The notes under the pieces are model-generated. The model had not been told where the DNA came from. It searched no databases and saw only the letters and a program-made list of their open reading frames with translations. Source: Paramoeba atlantica (Eukaryota > Protista > Discosea). From it: 64,000 nucleotides of DNA. The stretch's first letter is position 1. Each line of letters opens with the position of its first letter. Position numbers and translations under genes: made by a program. This document shows positions 56,063 to 64,000 of the stretch, piece after piece. The stretch is taken from NCBI GenBank assembly GCA_977017575.1, contig CDRNVI010000030.1:1-64000 (forward strand), read 5' to 3'.

Positions 56063-56515
56063 ACACAGTTTCGACGTTAGAATGACGTTTCATGTCGATG
56101 CAATTCTGTAGAATGAATATTGTTGGCTACTTACGTTGATGTGCTGCATGGCTAAAATTCCGCCCGAGAATTGGATTGAATTTCCTATCCCAACCAGGGA
56201 TCTTCGGTCTGGGATCTTCGGCAACCAGGGATCTTCGGTATTGAGAGGAGCGATATCCATGAGAAACTGCTTAATGTGCTCTTCAGGTCTTTCCTATTTC
56301 TTCGAAAACAAAAGATATACAGAATGTAGCTCACATTATTAAGCGAGGCACGGCGATTGCTCGCTTGGGCGAGCGTCATGGACTGGAACCTGAAGAGGGT
56401 GGATTATCATATCCAGTGCACCAAAAGTCTGTTTTTGTAAATTTTATTCTACTAATATTTTTATAATCCCAATATCTATACTGTATACTCCAAGTATACA
56501 CATACCAGTACTCTA

Positions 56516-56827
56516 CTACCCCCCCCTATTTAATAGGACTCCGATTTTGGGCAAAAGTCCCTAATAAAGGGGGAGGGCATGGAAAATAATGTGAAAGAAA
56601 AAAAATCGGCGCCGCTTCGCAGCGCCTTTTTTATCGTTGTGAAACAAGCTCCTGCTCCCTTTTGATACACTTGTGGTTGTTGGAGTAGATACGGAAAAAA
56701 AAACCGCCGCTTCGCGGCGCATTCGACAATTTATTGGCACTTTCCCCGAATTTTTTTTGGCCTTCCAGACAAAATAGCCCTACTAAAGGGGGGGTGACAC
56801 GTAGCCCTATTAAATAGGGGGGGATAG
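56516..56827. mobile_element. 312-bp TA-flanked MITE with two GCGAAGC hairpins
   Basis: TA|CTACCCCCCCTATTTAATAGG ... CCTATTAAATAGGGGGGGATAG|TA. Confidence 0.8.
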
Positions 56828-56851
56828 TAATTGTTTTTTTCTTTATTCCTC

Positions 56852-57775
56852 ATGTCAAAATATCAGAGGCTCGGGCAAAGAGACAGAGTCACCATACAAG
56901 AGATGTTTGAGGCAGGCGCGACATGGCGTGAGATTGGCACTGCTATCGGTAAATCCCATAACACCGTTAGCCGTGAGCTGGCCCGTAACAAGAAACGGGG
57001 TCGGTGTTACGAAGTCAGCCGCGCACACAATGTCAAAGCGCCGCCTGGTAAGCAAGGCTGTGCGTCCCCGGTTTATCCGTGGGTCTATGGAGGAAGTGCT
57101 TAGGACAACTTCACAGCCCCGAACAGGTAGCCAACACCTTAGTTGTTGGCTGACAGGCTTCACCGTCTGTGACCACTATTTATCGTCATGTGGCACGCGA
57201 CAAAGACGACAGCGGGAAGCTCTCCAAGTCCCTTCGGATTCGTGGCAAGCGTCCTTATAGGCGTCGCTTCAATTGAGGTCGCCCAACGATCCCAAACAGA
57301 GTCCCCATCCGTCTTCGCCCTCAGATAGTTAACAAGAGGCGTCGGTATGGGGATTGGGAAGCGGACCTAGTAGAAGGAAAAAATCACTCAGGGTACATTC
57401 TGACCTTGTGTTAGAGAAAGAGTCGGTTCGTTGTGCGACGTGTGCTACGATCAAAGCATGCGGACGAAGTTTCAAATTATAAAGGAGTTAAACAAGTATA
57501 AAGTTTGTACCATTACATACGACAACGGGACATAATTTTCGAAACATGAACGGGTGCATGAAAAGCTTCGTTGCAATTCATATTTCCGCGCTCCGTACCA
57601 TTCATGGGAAAACGGAGCGGTGGAAAACATGAATGGTCTAATTCATCAATACCACAAGGCGACCGACTCTTTTGATTTTCTCAGCCTCGCGGAGGTCACC
57701 AAGACAGCAAAAAAGTTGAACAAGCGGCCGAGAAAGGTTGTACGGTGAGAATGTCCGAAGAAATTCGAAAACCTG
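56852..57775 (+). pseudogene. IS30-family transposase pseudogene
   Basis: N-terminal HTH MSKYQRL..DRVTI..GATWREIG..GKSHNTVSRELARN; RPQIVNKRRRYGDWEADLVEG (D1), TLC*RKSRF, TITYDNG (D2), YFRAPYHSWENGAVENMNGLIHQY (E), LNKRPRK; several frameshifts and stops. Confidence 0.85.
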
Positions 57776-57882
57776 TTTGTTAAAGTTTGAAGAGTGACGT
57801 TATGTAGGTAAGTCGAAAGCATAAAAGAAGAAAGTCGTATTTCTGGAAGGTCGAGACTAATGTTTCGTTTCTCATCAATATA

Positions 57883-58466
57883 CTGTACCCCCCTAGTTAT
57901 CTGTCACCCCCCCACCCCCCCCTAGTTATCTGTAGTTTTTCGGCCCTTCGAATATTTTTTTTGTCGATCCCCCCTAGTTATCTGTCGCCTTTCTAAAAAT
58001 TTATAAAATTGGAAGCGAGACTTTAATTTCGTTTCTGTTCTGCTTTTAGGGTAATGGTTTTGCGTGGCGTTCTACGGTCAAAATTGGAAAACTGGATCAT
58101 CATCCCCTTCATCATCCCCATCATCGTCCGCTTCGGTATCCCCTCCATCATGTGATTGGAGTCCGATGGCTCCCGAAGTTTTACTTTAACCCATGGATGT
58201 AACGTAATCAATATTTTAACCCAATAAAATGTGTGTGAATTACTCTCTGGGCTTCTTTTAACCCGTAGACGCATGTCTTCAGCTTATAGTACCCCGTTGG
58301 GGTAAAAAGGAATCTTCCTAGGCAATAAAGATACCGTTTCTGTAACATTTCGTTCCCTCGCTTTTTTTGGCGACGGACCCCCTTAGTTATCTGTCGCACC
58401 GCTACCCCCCTAGTTATCTCTCACCTTTTCTCGGAAAGTAGCGACAGATAACTAGGGGGGGTACAG
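57883..58466. mobile_element. 584-bp TA-flanked MITE with CCCCCTAGTTATCTGTC subterminal repeats
   Basis: TA|CTGTACCCCCCTAGTTATCTGTC ... GACAGATAACTAGGGGGGGTACAG|TA. Confidence 0.85.
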
Positions 58467-58758
58467 TACTTGTTTAAGTTTCCAAGTCATCTTTTCTGAT
58501 GTCTGATGCCAGTTCCATGTATGAATTTATACCCATCATTTTACTGCTCAATAAAGTTCTTTTTTATAAATAATCTTGGTGCACTGAATATGAAAAAATG
58601 TTTGACACCTGTGAACGGGCTTCTTTTTCCAATTTTTTTGGTGCACTGGATATGCAAGAATATTGGTGTACTGGATATGATAACACGGACCCCTTTCTAG
58701 ACAAGAAAACATTTTGTAATTAAGATGAAATAAAAGTAGCGATGTAGATTGTACAAAA

Positions 58759-59658
58759 TTACGCACGTTTTATGTTTGAAGTTATGCGAGTATTTCCAAC
58801 CCAAATACATTTCAACGTCTTTGGCAACTTTGACGTTTCAACATATCCGGACAGCATAGGGTTGTTCGTAACCCGAAGTATTTCGAAACTTCGAGGAAGA
58901 CGATCAAACTTGGCAACGCCAGTAAAGTTATTATTTTCACAATCCAGATGTACGAGCGAGGGAGGCAAATGCTCTAAGTCCAGAGGTCCCGTTAGTTTGT
59001 TATCCGGAAAAGATAAATCGCTCAATTTTCTCGGCAGCCCGGTAAGATTTACTTTCCCGGAAATTTGGTTCTCGCTCATACAGAGCTTTCTCAAGGTGGA
59101 GGGCAAATGGGTTAGATCAACATTTCCTTCAAACTTATTATCTTTCAGCAAAAGTGACTCCAGGCGGGCCGGCAAATGAGTCAGATCCAATTCTCCCGAA
59201 AAAGCATTGGTCGAGAGCTGCAGATAGCTCAGTCCTGGAGGCAGCTCACTAAATGATACCCCTCCAGTAAGTCCGTTTTCCCACACAGAAAAATTACGTA
59301 CTGTGCGGCACAGATCCCCCCAAGAAGGGGATCCGGAAAGAAACATAAAGCCCCAATTCACCTCCATGACATTTAACTCTTCATCACACGTAACGCCTTC
59401 CCACTCACATGCGGGATTGGATGTATTCCATGTGGTCTTCGTCTTGTGTATGTGTTGAATAAATTGTGAGAGTTCGTATTCTTGAGGTAATTGGGCTCCT
59501 CGTACTTTACTGGGACGTTTCTCTGTGATTCTGCGGTCCGGAAGATCCATAGCGTGAGAAATGTAAAATTGCGGAAAAGGTGAAAAGGCTAAATATTCTT
59601 GAATGTAACCGAAAGTCACCTCTCTGTCGAAAGAAAGAATAGATTCTATTATTGTCAT
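58759..59658 (-). CDS. LRR protein 17 (up to 299 aa; alternative ATG at 59550)
   Basis: KRPSKVRGAQLPQEYEL, TWNTSNPACEWEGVTCD, 23-aa repeats. Confidence 0.9.
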   Translation of the reverse strand: MTIIESILSFDREVTFGYIQEYLAFSPFPQFYISHAMDLPDRRITEKRPSKVRGAQLPQEYELSQFIQHIHKTKTTWNTSNPACEWEGVTCDEELNVMEVNWGFMFLSGSPSWGDLCRTVRNFSVWENGLTGGVSFSELPPGLSYLQLSTNAFSGELDLTHLPARLESLLLKDNKFEGNVDLTHLPSTLRKLCMSENQISGKVNLTGLPRKLSDLSFPDNKLTGPLDLEHLPPSLVHLDCENNNFTGVAKFDRLPRSFEILRVTNNPMLSGYVETSKLPKTLKCIWVGNTRITSNIKRA

Positions 59659-60358
59659 TCTATTAGAATGACATTTGTTGCTGTCGGTGTTACACTTGGT
59701 CGTGCATCAGCATGAGAGCTCTCCGGCCGTTGCGAATGCATGTTCTTCAGCGTATAGAAGGGCGGCCGGGTCCGATGCCTTTGGTGAGCCCTCGATCAGT
59801 CATAGCAAGGAGTAGGTCCCCGCGCCTGAGGAAGCACAGTGGAAGCCGCCAACCGTATGCGAAAAGATAAAATTCATTTTCGAGGAGAAACGGAATCTTA
59901 TCGGGAAGAAGGAACGAAGTTTTATGGGGCCTCGGGGGTACCGAAATAAGCTTTTTAACACGTTTTGAGAGAAAAGAATAAGGAAAAGTTGTCAAACAAG
60001 TTGGGGAGAAAAGCATAAGTAAGAGAGATTTGACCTAAAACCACTCCCTTATTGGGGGGATACGTACGGAGAGCCTACGGGAGGGCCTTCTATACCATAA
60101 CATAGCGGGATACATAATATAGCGCAAAGCCCAATACTCTTTACTCAAAGAAAAGCAAAAATAAGGACGATAGAATGATATAATAAATCATTGATAAATT
60201 TTATCAACTGAAAATAAGGTACAGGTACTTACCTAGGCGAAAAAAGCTGATCAAAAAAAGCTGACTGTCGAACGCCACGATGCGAAACAGGTAGTCTAAA
60301 AACGGTCGACTTTGAATGTTGCGACATTTTGTACACATACGTGTAGAAGGAAATCTAT

Positions 60359-61192
60359 TTATTCAATGTTGGTAGATATTTGTGTACCGTCCACACGAAT
60401 ATGTCGCAAAGATGTGGGAATAACGTCTTTATCAATTTCGCCGACCAGTTTCGTATTTTCTTCCAAAGTAAGCTTACGCAGTCCTTCCGGAAGACAGTCG
60501 AGGAGCACAATACCACTGAATAGATTTCCATGGCCCTCAAACACTTGGAGAGAGGGAGGCAAATGTTGGAGGTCAAGGGGTCCCGTAAAATGGTTCCTTG
60601 CAAGTCCCAGGAGTCTCAGGTTGCTAGGCAAGTTACTCAAGCACACAGACCGGGAAAAGTTGTTTTCATTGATATTAAAAAACGTCAAAGCTTCAGGCAA
60701 ACGGGTCAGGTCCACGCACCCCTCAAAGTTGTTTTGGGTTAATATAATTGTATCCATTTTTTCGGGAAGATGCGAAAAATCCAACTCTCCAGAAAAGGCA
60801 TTGCATGATATCTCTAGTTTGGTCATTTCTGCGGGCAATTTATTAAGCGGTACATTTCCAGAGAAACCGTTCTGCCATACCTGAAATTCTTGTAGCGTAC
60901 TGCACAGGTAATCCCATTGCAGCGTGCCGATGAGATCCATATAGCTCCAGTTTATCCTTGTCACACGCGAATTCTCATCACAACTCACGCCCATCCAATC
61001 AGACGCCTTTGTGGATGTGTTCCAGGAGGAAGGGGGGTTGGCAATCTCGCAAGTTAATCGTGTCAGTTCGTATTCCTGCGGTAAATTGGCTCCTCGTATT
61101 TTACCCGGACGGATGTGTTGCACTGCCGCGTTGGCGTCGTCATCAGCTGCACGACAAACCGAAGCCGATATGATGGCGATTAGCATAAGCAT
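60359..61192 (-). CDS. LRR protein 18 (277 aa), signal-peptide-like start
   Basis: MLMLIAIISASVCRAADD, RPGKIRGANLPQEYEL, SWNTSTKASDWMGVSCD, 23-aa repeats. Confidence 0.9.
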   Translation of the reverse strand: MLMLIAIISASVCRAADDDANAAVQHIRPGKIRGANLPQEYELTRLTCEIANPPSSWNTSTKASDWMGVSCDENSRVTRINWSYMDLIGTLQWDYLCSTLQEFQVWQNGFSGNVPLNKLPAEMTKLEISCNAFSGELDFSHLPEKMDTIILTQNNFEGCVDLTRLPEALTFFNINENNFSRSVCLSNLPSNLRLLGLARNHFTGPLDLQHLPPSLQVFEGHGNLFSGIVLLDCLPEGLRKLTLEENTKLVGEIDKDVIPTSLRHIRVDGTQISTNIE

Positions 61193-61679
61193 TTAAGAGT
61201 ACGCGCTCGTAAATGAAGGTGAAATCTACACTACTGAAATCTACTGGATATGCGTATTTTCCACTGTCATTATTAGATACAGTGACACTTTATGCAGTCT
61301 AATCATTTATACAAACGATAAGAAATCTGTAAAGCAATTTCCCGAATGTTCAATTTCAATTTCTGAGGATACATAATTCTGGTCTGGAATCACACGACAC
61401 GTCATGCAAACGCATTTTCGCGACGAAACAGAATTTCGAAAAAAAAATACCAGGAGCTTGGAAATACGGAAAGAAGCTATACTATCTATGTAGGACCTAA
61501 CGGAACTCGGTGCTCTTGTCGGGACAGATGCAAGCACGTATATTCCGCGCTGAGGAAGGAAAAGAGGGCTGACGTAAATTTTTTTATAATCAGAATTTTC
61601 AAAATTGGATCCGAGAAGATTATAATGTGGCTGTGCGGGTTTTTGAGGGACTTTTGAACTTCCTGATCCCCAAATAGGA

Positions 61680-62624
61680 CTATTCCAAAACAGTGATATC
61701 AGTACCGTCTATGCTCAAATTAGAGGGTGCATTCTCCTCTTTGATTTCACCACAGACTGCACACCCATCAAGATTAAGTGTATCTAAGCTTTTGGGAAGA
61801 GAGTCCAGTAAGACTGTTCCCTCAAACTCCGTGTATTGCGCATCAAGCTCTTCCAATAACGGAGGGAGGTGAGAAAGATCCAGCGCCCCCGTAAATTCAT
61901 TGTTTCCTATATACAAAATACGAAGGGTTTGGGGAAACTCACTGAGACATATCTCCCCGGACAGTTCGTTCATTTGGAGCGTCAGCACCGCGAAGTTGGG
62001 CGGAAGTTGTGTCAAATCTACCTCCCCTTCAAATTTATTGTCCCCTACGCACAGTTTTCGCATACTGGTGGGGAGGTGTCGCAGATCAAGCTCCCCGCTG
62101 AGCTCGTTTGTGAACAAGTAAAGAAGGACGAGATTCGGAGGCATCATGTCCAGCGGGAGGGTTCCATTCAGACGAGCACTGTTGGCTTTCATTTTCTCCA
62201 AACTCTTTGGGAGGCATTCCCACTGCATTGATCCAAAAAGGCTGCGATGACCCCAGTCAATCTGGATGATGGTTTGCTCTTTGCACATCACGCCAGGCCA
62301 CTCACAGGCGGGAGTGGATGTGTTCCACGCTGCATGCGGATGCTGAAGTCCGGCGATCAGTCGCATAAGTTCATATTCCTGCGGTAAATTTGCACCTCGC
62401 ACTTTACCGGGGCGGGCAACTGGACCATCCGCGGCATGTATTTCAGCGCTGAGACGAGAGTCGTGATCATTTCGTTTTCGGCGCTTCGGGGAGGGTTGCG
62501 GTGCGTCAGCCAAATCAACGCGGGATACAGCTGAGGGGAACATCGTAGGGCTGTTAGATGAAGAAGCTCTAGTGACTAGGTATGGAAAAAAATTTAACCG
62601 GAGAAAAAAGTAATGCAAACGCAT
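61680..62624 (-). CDS. LRR protein 19 (up to 314 aa; likely start 62543), KRRKR subfamily
   Basis: SPKRRKRND, RPGKVRGANLPQEYEL, AWNTSTPACEWPGVMC, 23-aa repeats. Confidence 0.9.
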   Translation of the reverse strand: MRLHYFFLRLNFFPYLVTRASSSNSPTMFPSAVSRVDLADAPQPSPKRRKRNDHDSRLSAEIHAADGPVARPGKVRGANLPQEYELMRLIAGLQHPHAAWNTSTPACEWPGVMCKEQTIIQIDWGHRSLFGSMQWECLPKSLEKMKANSARLNGTLPLDMMPPNLVLLYLFTNELSGELDLRHLPTSMRKLCVGDNKFEGEVDLTQLPPNFAVLTLQMNELSGEICLSEFPQTLRILYIGNNEFTGALDLSHLPPLLEELDAQYTEFEGTVLLDSLPKSLDTLNLDGCAVCGEIKEENAPSNLSIDGTDITVLE

Positions 62625-62625
62625 A

Positions 62626-62800
62626 CAGTGGTTTCAGTTGATCACGTACAGTGGTTTCAGTTGATCTTGCCCCCCCCCCTCGGAATTTTGGTTTTTTTAT
62701 CCGTTTTTGCTAATCTTTGCAGCATTGGAGAGATCTCGTCTTCCTAGCGAAGAGCTTTGCCGCCTTTTCTTCATAGAGAACCGCTGGTGCCCCCTGGATC
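62626..62800. repeat. CAGTGGTTTCAGTTGATC-terminus element arm, copy 2 (terminus tandemly doubled)
   Basis: TA|CAGTGGTTTCAGTTGATC occurs twice in tandem, then sequence shared with 47469-47625. Confidence 0.7.
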
Positions 62801-63317
62801 AAATAAACACTGTTTTTTGGACGTTTTCTGTGTACACAACCACTTTTTGCCTCATTTTTCCGATTTTCTGTATATTTTGCACGTGTAAATACGAGTAATA
62901 GTGTTTTTTTTTTCTTTTTTTTTCTTTTTTTAGTGTTCTAAATTGATAATTTGAAAGCTATGTCTAGTACCCCCTCTATTGCCTAATTTAATATAGTCAA
63001 CACCTCTACATTATGAAGACCAGACCCTCTAAAGTCAAACAAGGGGAGTACGTAGAAGGATGGAATGACAAAAGAGAAGACAACCCCCCAATATCCCACA
63101 AAGGAACCGTGGCATTACCTCTTTGGATGTACTGCAGAAGTGTATGGTTTTGTCTGCCACCATCTGCCACCGTCTGCCACTATTTTGCAAAATTTATGCC
63201 TTTGTTCATGGATTTAAATCAGTTGTTTTACAACTTTCCTCAATCATACTTCAATCAATATATATATTTCTTAAAGAAGTACTATTTAAGAAGTCTTTAA
63301 ACGCATTTTTTAGCACG

Positions 63318-64000
63318 ATGCCCGAGCCTGCCACTAAGGAAATGTGCCCGAGATGTAAGGTTTTGCGCAACGTCTCACTTGTTGCACCAAAGCGTTGTCT
63401 TGTTTGTGCGTGTCGCATAGACGGCAGCGACACAGAACCTTGCGTATCCTGTAAGCAAGTAGTTGTGCCTCTTGGTGCACAGTACTGCCCACTGTGCTTG
63501 ACTCCACAAGAAGTTGAAGGACTTCCAACCTCTGTAGTGGATCAAATTAGGTGCGAAGGCATGGACGACGAGAGGGTCATGCGTACTTATATTGCCTATG
63601 TTGGAGTTACTTTCAACGGTGTCACGCTTAAGTTCGGGCATATTGGGAACATGCTCGTTTTAATTAAAAAGCGATTTAATGTTTCGAAGGAAAAGGCGTA
63701 CGTCCGTGCTGCATAATCTGTTGGACAGTACTTAGATCGTGCGATCAGCAAGCCGCAGATGCGCGAGGCAAAAAATTTTCTTGCCAACATGTGGGCGTCT
63801 TACAAGGCAGATGCATCAGCGGGAAAAAAAAGGATGCGTGAACGTGTTGTAGTGGCTCTAAAGGAATTACTACGCGCTTCAGCCCGGTCAAAGGAGATGC
63901 GTATCTGCTACTCATCTCTTCATTTTGTCCAAGAGGAAGATTTGCTAAGCATCGGCAATGCAGCGACCCGTGAAACACAGAACCACCAGCTTGAAATGCT
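63318..64000 (+). CDS. Four-CxxC (double zinc ribbon-like) protein with an internal TAA; runs off the window end
   Basis: MPEPATKEMCPRC..CLVC..CVSC..CPLC; after TAA at 63714-63716 the same frame stays open to base 64000. Confidence 0.45.

Noticed and set aside
60312-60884. Long + strand ORFs overlapping LRR genes (also 7324, 49770, 58772)
   Set aside because: Antisense shadows of LRR codon usage with no recognisable motifs.

Overview
Eukaryotic, apparently intronless, AT-rich nuclear DNA. The host content is a dispersed array of 19 intact, highly diverged leucine-rich-repeat (LRR) genes of 207-314 aa plus one truncated stub, all on the minus strand. They share a 23-aa 'GxLDLxxLPxxLxxLxLxxNxFx' repeat, a W-x-C-x-W-x-G-V-x-C cap and a family-specific N-terminal 'RP(S/G)KVRGAxLPQEY'-type motif. 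The spacers are packed with mostly decayed mobile elements. These include Tc1/IS630-type transposases (a canonical DD34E and an unusual DD32E family with a deletion derivative), a 3.9-kb hAT element, Merlin/IS1595-like remnants and a PIF/Harbinger remnant. There are also PIF1/Helitron-like helicase, Ulp1-like protease and DIRS/VIPER-like reverse transcriptase fragments, a 2A-like 'GGVEQNPGP' peptide followed by twin zinc fingers, a bacterial-type IS30 transposase pseudogene, and many TA-flanked MITE/foldback families. Almost all recognisable transposon coding remnants (15 of 16) lie antisense to the LRR array. A kinetoplastid-like (possibly Perkinsela-related) origin is suggested but is inference only. 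All calls come from motif reading by eye; no searches were run.
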